Assembly (NCBI GenBank): GCA_964252035.1 | Contig: OZ176204.1 | Length of the DNA: 64,000 nt | Direction: 5' to 3' (one strand) | Source of the DNA: Podarcis erhardii | Lineage: Eukaryota | Shown: in pieces, positions 22,918 through 35,895 of the stretch | Position numbering within the stretch: the first letter of the stretch is position 1 | Layout of the letters: each line of letters starts with the position of its first letter | Position numbers and translations under genes: made by a program | The notes under the pieces: generated by a model | What the model was told of the DNA's origin: nothing | Database searches by the model: none | What the model saw: only the letters and a program-made list of their open reading frames with translations

Positions 22918-25900
22918 CTAGGAAAAATGAAAACAACTCTTCTAATTTAACAGGACATAACATTTAATTCTGAATATAAAGAAAAATTTCTGCTATACAC
23001 CACAACCCATTCGTCAAGCTGAGGATCTACAAAACTACTAATCACTTCTTATATTCACTGCTAAGTACTCTGTAGTAGTTAATAGCCTTTCAAAGATAAA
23101 GCCTTTTCAAAAATCCTTCAACCTGCTTACAGGGAGGAGAGGAAGTCCTAATGCATGAGTCGGAACCCATTTCACTCATGCATGGACTCTGTAGAATATG
23201 ACCCAATGTTTCTAAAATTCTGGTAACAGGACAGAAAATGCAGGTCCCACTCTCACAATTTATAGTTTAAAAGATATAAGCTGAAACCCTCATAATAGTA
23301 AAAAATAAATGGAATTATAATAAAGTTATATTTGTATTATATAGTATGAAATCCGTTCACTGGATAGATTGGGGGCTGATGCTAATAAAATTACAGTGGG
23401 GGAGCATGAATAAGCAGGAAGGCAAAACTTCTAAACCCATTTACTTTTTCAAAAAGACCCACTCCTTGTTCATAATAGGTTAAAAAAAAAAAGCCAAATT
23501 CTGAGGGGAAAAATATTTAAAGTATTCTGCAAAGCCTGCTCGAATTTAGCATGGCCACTTTGGTAAATACATAAAGCTTTGCTTCAAAAGGTATATAATT
23601 GCATAAAAGGAAGTTCGGGCCTGGCCTATTAGCCTCAGGTGGTGGATGCTGGGGGATGCAGTGTAGAAGCAGTGTGTTTATGGACAAAGCTGTGCGCCAT
23701 GCGGCCTCTCCTGCAGCCCCCAAGCTATCTGGCTTCCCACAGGTGCAGTACACGATACCTCCCCTCACCATTTGCAAGTCATGTCTGCTTCTATACATGG
23801 AAAGTTGGGTGTGGCACCATCTTGTCCTTTAGGTTCAGTTTTTCTAGTTAACAGACAATGCTAGCAAATTAAAGTATTAAATGAATATGCTTTAACAATT
23901 GCTCACTAAATGGAAGACTGAGATGTCAAAATAGAGACAAGTCTATGATTCCAGATGATAGTATTGTTCCACTAAACAGAGCAAAATTGACTTCAATACC
24001 TGATGCTAAGATCTCTCCATCTCTACTGAATCTGAGTGTGTAGACTGTGTCTGTGTGTCCTTTTAATTCTCCAACCATCAAACCATGCCCAATATCCCAC
24101 AAAAGCACTCTTCCATCTGTTGCCCCAGTTGCCAAGAATCTTCCGTTAGGAGAAAATGCCAATGAATGAACTGGTCCCTGGAACAAAAATAAGCCTATTA
24201 ACAACAACACTTATGCATCACCTTCTACAAGAAGCCTCAAGGTAAATTACACTAGAAATGATAACAATTCAAAGCTACAGAAAATCCTATATATAAAATC
24301 CAAAAACAAAACCGTCAACAGTATGCCTTGTTTTACTTAGCAAGCACCCTTCAAATAAATAATGTCATTTCAGAGCGCACTGCACCACCTCTTCTGAGGT
24401 GACCTCTTACTTCCCAGTGGGAAGTTAAAAGATAGGTTGTGGAGAAACAGTATCTATTCAAAAGGAAACTTTGAACAACAGGTCAGTTTTTAACTAATTT
24501 CTAGTACTGTGTGCAAAGGTTTCAGCCATCTTCTGTTACCATTTTTGTGCAACTAATGTGTTTCAGTGTTAATCTCACATTAATTTACCTTATGTCCTGT
24601 GAAAATTCTGACACAATTCCCATTCAGGACATCCCACAGCCGCACAGTCCTATCTGCTGAGCCTGTAGCAATGTAGTTGGAGTTTGGGTGAAAACGCGTT
24701 GATGTGACATCAGCAAGATGGCCAGCAAAGATCCGCAAAGGCTGGTAGTGATCCGTAGCCCACAAGCTTAAACCAGTACAAAGAACATTTCAAAAATGCG
24801 AAACAAGAAATACATAACAAGACTGCTGATGTCCTGACGGCAAGGGAATGTGTGCTTCACAAGTGCCTCCAAACTAAGCTGAAGAGTCAAGAGAGATGGG
24901 GGGTGGGGGGGGGCAAATTTAATTCTCCCTCTAGTATAAAAAACCCTAAATGGCAATTAGTACTATTTTTAGTCAAATGTCTTATAGGATATATCCTAGA
25001 ACAGGGATGAGGTACCTTTTTGGCACAGCAGGCCAGACATGCAATGGGGTGTGTGTTTTTGCATGTTGTCCTCCCCAAAACCTGATGTCTTAATTTTGGG
25101 TTTTAAAAAGTAGGGGTCGTCTTATATAAGGGTCGTATAGGCAAAGGTAAAGGGATCCCTGACCGTTAGGTCCAGTCGTGACCAACTCTGGGGTTGTGGC
25201 GCTCATCTCGCTTTATTGGCCAAGGGAGCCGGCGTACAGCTCGTCCGGGTCATGTGGCCAGCATGACTAAGCCGCTTCTGGCAAATCAGAGCAGTGCACG
25301 GAAACACCGTTTACCTTCCCACCAGAGTAGTACCTATTTATCTACTTGCACTTTGATGTGCTTCCGAACTGCTAGGTTGGCAAGAGAAGGGTCGTATACC
25401 ATGTACAAAATAAGTTAACTTTGGCATCAATCATCTAATGTCAGGTGACTGATAGGTGGGTTCACCTATCAAAGTTAATCTGAGGCAGGGGGAGGGGTCT
25501 CCTTCACCAGTGCCATTCTGCTGGGAACATACTGGCAAAGCAACAACTATAAGGACTGAACTCTCCATTCACCAGCTGATAAGCAAAGAGTTCAGTCCTA
25601 CTGGCTGAAGGAGTCTGCTTCACCAGCATGTTCCCCACAGGGAACACGGTGGCAAAATAGATCCTTGCAGGATTGAACCCTGCCCCCCCTTCATCAGCTG
25701 ACATCACCCCCTGATATCTGTTGAGATACAAGTGGGTGTTGTTCGGGGGAAAGGACCTCGCAGGCCAAGATTGGCCTTTGGGTTAGAGGTTCCCTACCCT
25801 TGCCCTAAAATATAGCAGACAGCAACAAGGAGATGTCACCAACTGACAAGACAGAACTGCAGATTTACATTGAGATGGGAAACTCATGCTGACTCTTACC

Positions 25901-28900
25901 GAGCCACTCTGTCATGACCTCCAGATATAAAGTAATATCCATAGGGAGAGAACTGTGTATCCCATATAGGGTAGTTGTGTCCTTTGTATCCGACTAGACA
26001 AGAAAAGGTTAAGAGGCTCCACAGTCTGATAGTGCCATCCTCTGAAGATGATAGCAAGTAGTTCCTGACAGAAAAAATAAATCAGAAAAGGTATTTTTAA
26101 GCTATACTCAATCTTAAACCTCTCAATAACACATTTCAAGACATCAAAGCTTTTAATACACTTCAGGAGAGTATTATCCCCATTTTGCATTTAAGAAGCT
26201 AAAAGAATAAGATCACAGCTGAGATGACACAGGAACTAAGGATTTCTTATGTTTACATTCTCTTAGGCATCACACTGATTGGTTACTGTTTGATGCTTGG
26301 CTGATGCCTGATTTGTTTTTAAGAATTAAAATTTAACAATATAACCTCAAAATTATAAACTACCAGGTTGTATCCAACATTGCCTGTAGCCCCCACCCTC
26401 CACACACCCTCAAACTGCTCTGGAGAATTACAGGATTGTCCAGAGATGATGGAGGGGTTTTGGAGGGAAGGGTAAGGTAGCTGAAGCCCAATTGGAGCTG
26501 AAGTCCACTCACGCAACATGGGATGCTGCCCACTTTAAAACATGCTCCTCAGAATGTTATCTCCCTTGTTTCTTAGAAGTTATTTCATATTCATGTTTTC
26601 CATACAATATTTTTAAAACAGTGATACAATATGAAATATAGAACACTCATCTATTCATGTGCATGTGAAGATCTATTGCCCCATATATAATTATATATAA
26701 TTTACTAGTTTAAAATATGTGAAAAGCCTCCTGCATCTAAGAAAGCTTGATCATGCTTTAAAGAAATAAAACCATTATTTTGACAGGTATATATTTCATT
26801 GTCCAATACACAAAAACATTTCAGAGACTATAGCTAGAGGTGGGTTTGAGATTCATAGATATTAAGTGGACATTGGCTTAACCCACTGCACTTTTGTAAA
26901 CAACAATTGTGCAGTACTGTTTCAATTCTAAGCTTTTTGATATTGTACATAGCTCATCTGAAGGATGGGACCTTCAGATTAAAAATATGCTAGTACAGAC
27001 GGAACATTTCGTGTGGGGGTTCTGTTCCTGGCCTCTGCATGCTTTGGTTGCATAAGCATGCCACACCTCTCGTTCCGTTCTCTTCCAGGTCCAAAAGGAC
27101 TCATATGTCAGCAATCACATGTTAACTGGACATGCCTAAAATGGTCACCGCCTGTAGCAGTTTGAGGCTTCTAGCTCATGAGGTTCCTTCTGATGCTCAA
27201 CATAAATTACATAGTCCATGGGATCAGGTCTCATTCATCTATCCTGAGGTGGTAGACTCAAATTGTACAAAAGTCTCCAGAAAAATACTTTTTGTAAGTG
27301 TGGATACTCTGCTTAAAGAATACTGTATTAAGAGATCCCCCCACAAATAACTATTGTTTTACCTATCAGGACTGAAGCTGGTACCATAGACAGGTCCACT
27401 GTGACCATATAAAATCTTCAACTCACTTGCTGTTCTCTCATCCATGATCCTTTCTAAAACATCATCTGATTCTTTATCTATGAGACTGAGATCTGAAAAG
27501 AAAAAACCCTAAAGTTTATCTTCATGTAGATCGCTAGTAGTGCTTGCCAAAGTGCAAATGCCTTTTTTGTATCAGAATACCACCATGGCCGAAATCATGA
27601 TTTTCTGTCAATTTCAATGATACAGACCAAGATGCCCTCAAAATGTGTTTGTCTATAACCTCCATCAGCTCCAGCCAACAGAGATGTGCTGGCTATGCCT
27701 GAAGCAAGCTACAGTCCCAAATATCTGATGGGCATCTGGTTGGGAAAGGCCTTCATTGAAATCTGAAATCTGTGATGTTTATACCAGAGTACCACTGGCA
27801 ACCATTTTGCTAGGCTGACAGGCCTGAACACTTTCAATTGTATTTTCTGCTCCATTCCTGGAACCACTTGATTTTTAAAATCTTCGCATTAGCATATCTT
27901 CCTTAGCAAAAAGACAGTACTCTACAATAAGGAAGTACAATAACACAAAATAAACATTGTCTCATTTCCAAAGTATCACAACATCTTCCCTAAATAGAGC
28001 ATTGATCCTTATGTATAGTTTTTCCCCTGATGTCAGTAGTTATATGTAAAAACAATTTGTATTAATTTGGGTAATTTGATTGCTATTCCAATGGAAGGAT
28101 TTAAACTGAGGAACCTTCCTCCATGTGATCCTCCATCAGAACAGTTAGTGTGTAAATTAGGACGAGAGTTCATTCTGATTACCTGCTGCTGATTTCACAC
28201 TGCGTAGCTTTTTGGGTGTCACAGACCACACTCTGACAGTGGAGTCGGCAAAGCCTCCAACGATCATGCTAGAGTCATCTGTAATGTCCACTGCTGTAAG
28301 GCCCTGTTCATGCAAAAATCACCATTGAAGAAGTTTTATGTGGGCTGAGAATGTAATCACCACACAGTGTTGTTCCCCGAGAATTGGCCATCTACCATTA
28401 GTTTTGAACACAGAGGTGAGAATTACCATATTACAAAATTAACTATACTGTATAGCCATATTTTTTTTTAAAAAAAAATGTAAAGCAAATGTTGCTAAAT
28501 CTGGGCAGAAGTTTTTTGTTTTTAAAGAAAGGATCCACCTTTTGGCTGGCACTGATTTTTTGTAGTCACCATTTACCCAACCCTCCTGAGTCCTCTGGAA
28601 ATGCAGAGGACTTGAGAGAAGGGGAAGAGGTTAATTTTCCACTTTACACCAGTATTTGGAGACACTTGAAATAGTGAGACTCCCTTGCTGTCCATCTCTG
28701 CCTTCCAACCTGAAGTAAGACAAAGCCTTCCTGCCCATGTTTTGTTCAATAAGTGAAAAGCAGAGAAGGGAAGGAATCTTGCTTCATGTGGGGCAACAAC
28801 AAGCCATCATTAAAAGTAAAAGATTTGCAGCCACCTATTATTTAAGCAGCCTTCACAAGGCACTTCCACATTTTTGGTATTAACTATGTGTTATATCCTG

Positions 28901-31900
28901 ACTACAACAAGTGGCCTTCCGGCTCCGCATTAGGCAGGTGGTCTCTGTCCAATTTCCTATGATTCCATCTCCCATTGCAGCCCACAACACTTATTTCCAC
29001 AGCTGTCCTGAGGGCCAGAGGAAAGAGGATGAAAAACCACACTGTGCAAGCAGCATCCCACTCATGCAAAGTCTGGGCACAATCCATTTTTTAAACTGTG
29101 CCAAGATTTGATAGAACAGGTATCTGGGAAGGGCTGGATTATACAGCATATGTTTTGCATGCCAAGTTTAACCCTCAACATCTGCAGGTAGGGCAGGGAG
29201 AGAATGGTCTGAAACTGGGGAGCCACCGCTGCAGACAAGCAGTGGAGGATTAAGCCCACCAAGCCTCCCCCGTTTGGTTGAGGCCATTTTGGCAAAGCCA
29301 CCTCCAGTTGCCCTCCGTCTAATGTCATACTTTGGTATCACTACCAATCCCACAACTGACCTGGTATGCATTAAGGAATGTGTAGAAACAAATGGAAGGC
29401 AGGCAGTCTGGACCAAGACGTACACGTTTAGTGGCTTCTTTCATATTCATTATTTTGTCCAACTTATCCGAATCCTTTAGCTCAGGAAGCGGGATTCTGC
29501 ATACAGAAGAACATACTTAAAACCAAAAACGAAACAAAAGATTCATTGATGCCAGGAAATCACACCTGCACACTGACTGAACAGAGGCCTAAAAATAACT
29601 CAATTTTTGAATGCCTGAGGGGGAAAGAACCCAGAGAACAAGCTCCTTGGGTAGTATTAACTAAAAGATGACAAAATTAGGAAAATCATAACTCTACCAA
29701 TTCTTTTACAATATAAGGGAAGTTACTTTTACGAACACCTCCATATTCATAGAGGAAGGTTTTCCTTCAAATGATACAAGCTTTTTACATCAGTGCAATG
29801 CATCTCCTAATACATGGGTAGGCAAACTAAGGCCCAGGGGCTGGATCCGGCCCAATCGCCTTCTAAATCTGGCACGCGGACAGTCTGGGAATCAGTGTGT
29901 TTTTACATGAGTAGAATATGTGATTTTATTTAAAATGCATCTCTAGGTTATTTGTGGGGCATAGGAATTTGTTCATTCCCCCCCACAAAAAATATAGTCC
30001 GACCCCCCACAAGGTATGAGGGACAGTGGACTGGCCCCCTGCTGAAAAAGTTTGCTGACCCCTGTCCTAATAGAAATAGAACCTCCAAAACATTTTTTAA
30101 GAATCAAATTAACTGAGAAAATGCTTATCAAAATATTGACTATAGTCTAGTTCCTAGATGGTAAACTTTCCTTTGCTCTGTATCACATCAGAGTGCATGA
30201 GGGCTCATATGACTGAATGCTCCTCCATGCAGAAGGAAAAAAAGCCAACCTTCCACACACAAAGTTAGATGTCAGGTAAAAGACCGAGGTAGAGACATTT
30301 TCTGTGATAGCTAGTTTTCTATTCAGCCATGTCAGCTGCCCACTTCAGTCTGAACTGGCGCAGACTAAAGAAGCAAGATGGAAAATGAATTGAGACGTTT
30401 CTACTTTCAGCATTACCTAGTCTGTGGAGGAGCATTTGGATCTTGCTTTTTACTTTTTGATCCCATGCTGTCTTTTTTTGGCTTCTTCTTCTTTGGCTTG
30501 CCCTCCTCATTTTCCCCCTCTTCATCTTCATCATCCAAAGGCAACTCAATTTCTGGTTCTTTTAGTAAGCCAAAAAAGACCTACAAGCCAAAAGAAGAAA
30601 AGAGTCATGTAATTAAAAAAAGAAAAGTTTAATGAAACAGAGAACTGGTAGAGCAGAATAATAAGTTTTATTAGATCAATGCAATTACTTTTAAAAATAT
30701 GAATGTTTCTCTGTGGACCACAACAGCTTTCATTTAAGACATACATCTCTACGAAGAGTGGTCCACCAAAATTCTCAGCAATTTTCAAGTAATTGGGGGG
30801 TGAGGGTGGGAACAATAGTTAAGTTTTAACTGTGCTTTAACATGACATGTAAACTGGACCACTAATCTGCCACAGATGTCAGTGACAAATGTAACTCCTT
30901 AGCCTTTCTGTATCGTATATTGAACAAAGGCCGAACATATGAAAACATCCGATGTAAGTCATCTCTAATGCCAAGACAACGGTCAGAGAGATACTTGCCA
31001 TTTTGGCAAGTAAGGGGCACATAAATTTAAACTGCTTTGGAAAACTGGAGATCTATCCAGAACAACATCCAGTTTAGCACAAGGAGCTGCAGTCAGGAGT
31101 AATGATATGTAAGAGTGCTTAGCTAATTCTTTCTTATCCAGAAGCATACACTGTTAAGCAACTGCAGATCTACAGAAGCCAAGAACTCTCATAGAACTGA
31201 CAACCTATACATCCCTGACAAAATGTTCATGATGTTACGTATTTATCAACCTCATACCTTTGCTTTATTAGCCTCCCGTTTTGCCTCTCCTGCCAAACTT
31301 CCCACCATAGCATCAATCTGTTGTTTACTGCGAGGCATTCCATCAAAGATATCAATGTAAAGATGTTCCTGAACAATATTCCAGATCTGATTGTTCTGTT
31401 TCTCCTGAAGGTGTCTCTTCAATAGCTGATAAGAATCACGGGAAATTCGCAGCACAAACTTGCTCGTTCGAAAATCCAGCATTGTCTCATTCCCTCTCAT
31501 GTGCTCTTTTTTGGTTAAACTTGACAGTACACGCAAGTCATCTTGATAATAACACTCCTGATCTCCATGAAACCTAGAAAAAGGTTAGAATCACACAAAA
31601 GATGTGTAGAGGGACAACTGTCTAAACAACTTAAGTTCTGTGATCTTTAGCATTTTTTATTTTTCTATATTCACACATGACATCTATGTACTATCACCAT
31701 CTTATATTTAATGTATCTAAAAATTATGTTTTATCAATAGTTATGTTAAAAATTCATTTCAATTGAATTTTTCACTCCCATAACTGCTTTTATCTTGTAA
31801 TTTCTTTCATTATCTAAGGGTGAGATCCAACATAGTGCAAGTGGGTGTCCACTTGCACAACAGAGCTTCTTCCTCGTCTACATCTGCCCGTCTCCCCCCA

Positions 31901-33971
31901 CTCACTCCAAAATCTGCTCTGGAGGCTGAGGAGAAGAAAAACTAAGTCCTGTTGCACAAGCAAGCGTAATCATTCTACGTCACCCTTAATGTCCCAGATC
32001 TTTCTCAATCAATTGCTGGTGCAGTCAGTCTAGCAGAACATCTTGAAATAGCAGTAATTTAATAAACTACTTGACTTTCAAGGTAAACCCTTACTACATA
32101 GTTCATTATACCAGAAGAAAGCCACAATTCTAAAGCACAGATGCTGTGAGAAATAGCTAGCTTTTACAAGCAGCAGCCTTTTGTATTAGCCCATAAAACC
32201 AGAACGGACAAGGCTGGAAAAAACATTTCAGATTCCTAAGTAACCACATAAATGTTTAGAAATTCAAGTACCAAATACCTAGGATTTTCCAGCCTTGGGC
32301 ACAGGTAATTTTCCTCTGAAGAGGTCATGTATATATTCGCTTGCTGCCCATAACAGGAGACAATGCAGAGTATTTCATTGGTTCAACTCCCTTAAGTCAT
32401 TGAAATGAGCAATGTTATCAAATGGTTCAGGCCTAGAAGTTTCAGAACTTTACAGACCTCACTACCACTGGCATTTAATTAGCACACACATAAACAAATG
32501 CTGCCTCATAAGAATAATAATTAGTCATTGGAACGCAATAATCTATGTAATAACTGGGAATGTCTTAAGTCATGTTATATGGCATCTATAAATATCCTCC
32601 TAAAATATTGCATATATTTTGTGGTTGCAGGCATCCAGTAGCCCACACTTGCAGGAAAGACCTAACTGACAGGAGAGGGGCTTAAAAATATTTCAGCATC
32701 TCAGGATTATTTTGTTCCTCCTCTGGATGCCTGCCTTAGCGTAAATGTTACAGGCGCTACTTCCAGTTCACACACTTTAACTCAGAACATCTGCAACCAA
32801 CAAATTTATAGATTTATCTAGCTAATAGTGAGAACATGAAAATGGAGACTAAATGAACAAAATGGTATTACTTTTCAAAGAAGGACTTTGCTTCATTTTC
32901 ATGCCCATTGTAGACTAGCTCCAAGTACATATGTACAAAGAGAGGATAAAAAAGCTGCGATAACTCAGCTCGATGACAGTCCAGAGCACATTCAATGAAG
33001 TGTTTCAGTCCACTGTAGTACTCTTCATAAAGCGCTGGGTCTCCTTGCTGATTGTAGGCAGACAGTACTGCACTTACATCTGGCTGATCTTCCACAAAGA
33101 CTCCAACTGCAAGGCATTAACATATAAAGGGTAAATCAATGTTTGCACTCTGTGTAACTATTTCAGCTCTAAACTGTGTAAGCTTCTTGAGACATTAACC
33201 TCTTTCCCCTTTATACTGCTGCATAATTTTTCATGTACAGCAGCAGTGCCATTTTTATCACTTTTAATAAGTAATGACACGAAGAAAATGACTAAGAAAC
33301 ATGCTGCAACAAATTTCTTTTCAACTAAATGTTTACATGAAAAATTGACATCATTCAATCATACCCTAAGCTCAATTGTACTATTACAATCCAGGATCAA
33401 ATATCATTCATAAGCAGGTTATGCAGTCAGTATAGCCCCTTACCTACAACTCCTATCATCCCATGCCATTGGTCATGCTAGTTAAGGCTGATGGGAGTTC
33501 TGCTCTACAGAATATTCTATTAGTGGCGTCAATTCCTCCTATTATACTACTTCCCAAAATGTAGTTATAAAAGGTGATAACTAAGTCTCTCACCTAGTTA
33601 TTTTGAAACTGAAGCTGTAGCCTACACTTTGTATTCCTTCTGTATTATGTGTGGTTTTAAATCTAGTTTTATTGTAGACTTTAACTTTGATTGCTTGGGA
33701 GAATAAAAATATAAACAACAGCTTGGTTTTAAATCTAATTTTATTGTAGACTTTAACTTTGATTGCTTGGGAGAATAAAAATATAAACAACAGCTTTATA
33801 GGTGTGCCCCCAAAGAGCAAGCCGATTAACAAAAAAAAAGTTAATGTATACAGTAATATGTCGTTGTTGTTTAGTCGTTTAGTCGTGTCCGACTCTTCAT
33901 GACCCCATGGACCAGAGAATGCCAGGCACTCCTGTCTTCCGTTGCCTCCCGCACAGTAATATGTACTCCAA

Positions 33972-34031
<60 letters not shown>

Positions 34032-34890
34032 AATTATTTATTTATAGCCTGCCCATCTGGATGGGTTTCCCCAGCCCCTCTGAACGGCTTCCAACAAAAT
34101 ATTAAAATACAATAGTCTGTCAAACATTAAAAGCTTCCCTAAACAGATAAATTGGTCAAGTCATTACCATTCGCAGAACGAATCCTGTGCAATAGCACTA
34201 GGTGACCACAACGTAGAACAGCATGCGAATTTAAAAACTGGATTTTGACCTCAGCTGTCACAAAGCAGCCAGTGCAAATATGAAAGGTCCCTCCTGCGAG
34301 CGACCCCTTTGCTCACCTTTCCCAGGTGGCCCCAAGGCCACTGCGGGAGGCGCCGCGGCAGCGCCCGGAGAGATGGTGGCCCCGCTCTGGCCAAAGGTGA
34401 CCGAACTGAGCAGCACATCCCCAGAGCCGGGGGCGCCGCCGCCGGGCTCCTGCCCTTCCCCGCCATGGGACGCCTGGACTCCGGGCGCCGAGGAGCCGGG
34501 ATCCGCCGCGACCTCGTCGGCGAGCAGCCGGGCCTCCCTGCGGAGGATCTCCTCGGACTCGCGGAGGTTGCTGCGCCTCAGGAACTGCAGCACAGCCAGC
34601 AGCGTCTGCCGGTCGGTGGGCAGCTGCGAAGCGGGCGGCGCAGGGCTGGGCGCCACCGGCGGCTTCGCGTCGGCTCCTGCCGCCAACGGCTCGCCCCCTT
34701 CCGCCAGAGGAGCGGCGGCCGAGGGGGCAGAGGGAGCGGCAGCGACTCCCGCTGCCGCCGTCGCTCCCGCTGCTGCGGCCGGCGACTGAGGGAGAGCGGG
34801 AGGAGGAGGGGGTGGCGCCGGCGGCGCTCCCGCGTCGGGGTCCGGCTTCACTGTGACTGCTTCGGCCGGCTCCTCCGGCAGAGCCGCCAT
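22700..34890 (-). CDS. TAF5: Transcription initiation factor TFIID subunit 5, complete, 11 exons, 804 aa
   Basis: LisH-like DRQTLLAVLQFLRRSNL, NTD2 and WD40 repeats, C-terminus HFTRRNLLLAAGAYSPQ*; exons sum to 2415 nt with consistent phases. Confidence 0.97.
24000..24177 (-). CDS. TAF5: TAF5 exon 10
   Basis: 178 nt, GPVHSLAFSPNGRFLATGATDG...GEILAS. Confidence 0.96.
24589..24766 (-). CDS. TAF5: TAF5 exon 9
   Basis: 178 nt, LWATDHYQPLRIFAGHLADV...RIFTGHK. Confidence 0.95.
25140..25386 (-). mobile_element. Sauria-type SINE
   Basis: Reverse complement of the 40432 copy; 12-bp TSD aagggtcgtata (25128-25139, 25387-25398). Confidence 0.88.
25900..26064 (-). CDS. TAF5: TAF5 exon 8
   Basis: 165 nt, NYLLSSSEDGTIRLWSL...GGHDRVA. 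Confidence 0.95.
27363..27492 (-). CDS. TAF5: TAF5 exon 7
   Basis: 130 nt, LSLIDKESDDVLERIMDERTASELKILYGHSGPVYGTSFSPD. Confidence 0.96.
28183..28303 (-). CDS. TAF5: TAF5 exon 6
   Basis: 121 nt, GLTAVDITDDSSMIVGGFADSTVRVWSVTPKKLRSVKSAA. Confidence 0.96.
29361..29496 (-). CDS. TAF5: TAF5 exon 5
   Basis: 136 nt, IPLPELKDSDKLDKIMNMKE...FYTFLNAYQ. Confidence 0.96.
29813..30064. mobile_element. hAT-type MITE
   Basis: TIRs catgggtaggcaaact / agtttgctgacccctg; perfect 8-bp TSD tcctaata. Confidence 0.85.
30417..30580 (-). CDS. TAF5: TAF5 exon 4
   Basis: 164 nt, VFFGLLKEPEIELPLDDEDEEGENEEGKPKKKKPKKD... Confidence 0.96.
31258..31573 (-). CDS. TAF5: TAF5 exon 3
   Basis: 316 nt, FHGDQECYYQDDLRVLSSL...EAKREANKAK. 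Confidence 0.96.
32872..33106 (-). CDS. TAF5: TAF5 exon 2
   Basis: 235 nt, VEDQPDVSAVLSAYNQQGDP...AKSFFEK. Confidence 0.96.
33653..33796. repeat. 72-bp tandem duplication, TAF5 intron 1
   Basis: Two adjacent copies differing by one base. Confidence 0.9.
33862..33952 (-). mobile_element. BovB (RTE) LINE 3' end
   Basis: gttgttgtttagtcgtttagtcgtgtccgactcttcatgaccccatggacc; 12-bp TSD acagtaatatgt (33850-33861, 33953-33964). Confidence 0.75.
33972..34033. repeat. (AAT)n then (AAAT)n microsatellite
   Basis: About 17 AAT units seen directly. Confidence 0.95.
34034..34145 (-). mobile_element. LINE 3'-end fragment (L2-like)
   Basis: ttatttatttatagcctgcccatctggatgggtttccccagcc resembles a common squamate LINE tail. 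Confidence 0.45.
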
Positions 34891-35130
34891 AATGGAACCC
34901 GACAGCCTCGCCTCCAACTCAGGCAGCCCGCGGCTTTGCGACAGTGAGGGCACGGTATCCAGCCGTGAGGCCAAGGGCTGCTAGCGACAATTAGGGCGGC
35001 GCTTTACGGCACTTCCTGTTCCACTGGAGGGAAATGATTTCAAATAGAATACTGTACTGTAAAATAAAAGGAGAACTGTCTAGCGCAGGTAAATGCTCCC
35101 GATGATTCTGCGACCGTTTACTAGTTTACA
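34280..35130 (-). promoter_or_regulatory. TAF5 CpG island and promoter
   Basis: Very GC/CpG-rich; ETS-like CACTTCCTG near 35010; overlaps exon 1. Confidence 0.7.
34317..34890 (-). CDS. TAF5: TAF5 exon 1
   Basis: 574 nt, MAALPEEPAE...LLAVLQFLRRSNLRESEEILRREA...PPGK; donor gtgagc. Confidence 0.93.
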
Positions 35131-35610
35131 AGAGATTATAGGTGCGGCTTGTACAGAGGGGTCTATTCCCCAGTTGTATATATCCTATGACAAATATAAC
35201 AGGTGAAAAGTGTAACGTATACCACATTTTAAGTTGTCAGTGAGCAGGATTCTGAGATGTCTTTGAGAGAGAGTTCTGTGAAACTCGAATGGTGGTGTAT
35301 TTCTGTCTTCTGCACCCTCACACACTTAAAAGCCAATTCTAAACAACGGGTTGGCTATTTTTAAATTTATTTAGCTGAACCTCGGGATATTATATAATCC
35401 CCTTCTGTAAATTGCCTAGATTTTTCGTAGCGAGTGACCAAAAAGTCAAATATGTAACAATAATGATGTTGTACAAGCACTAAATACTGACCCTTTCACC
35501 AACGCTGGCATCAGAATGATTTCACTATGCACCCATTTCAGTTGTCTAATCAAAACTAAATAAAAAAATTCCTTCCAGTAGCACCTTAAAGACCAACTGA
35601 GTTAGTTCTA

Positions 35611-35895
35611 GGTATGAGCTTTCGTGTGCATGCACACTTCTTCAGATACTGAATGAATAGGTATGAGCTTTCGTGTGCATGCACACTTCTTCAGATACTG
35701 AATGAATAGGTATGAGCTTTCGTGTGCATGCACACTTCTTCAGATACTGAATGAATAGGTATGAGCTTTCGTGTGCATGCACACTTCTTCAGATACTGAA
35801 TGAATAGGTATGAGCTTTCGTGTGCATGCACACTTCTTCAGATACTGAATGAATAGGTATGAGCTTTCGTGTGCATGCACACTTCTTCAGATACT
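35611..35895 (-). ncRNA. Six tandem 49-bp units, each a minimal type I hammerhead ribozyme motif
   Basis: Identical units start at 35611, 35660, 35709, 35758, 35807, 35856; minus strand reads GUAU-CUGAAGA-A-GUGUGCAUGCACAC-GAA-AGCU-C-AUAC. Confidence 0.7.

Noticed and set aside
34280-34947. 169-aa and 212-aa plus-strand ORFs
   Set aside because: Low-complexity antisense shadows of GC-rich TAF5 exon 1.
34891-34974. 28-aa N-terminal extension of TAF5
   Set aside because: It needs a TTG start; the ATG at 34890 gives the expected MAAL start.
35611-35895. Regular repeat array as CRISPR
   Set aside because: Units are fully identical with no unique spacers, there are no cas genes, and the context is a vertebrate genome.
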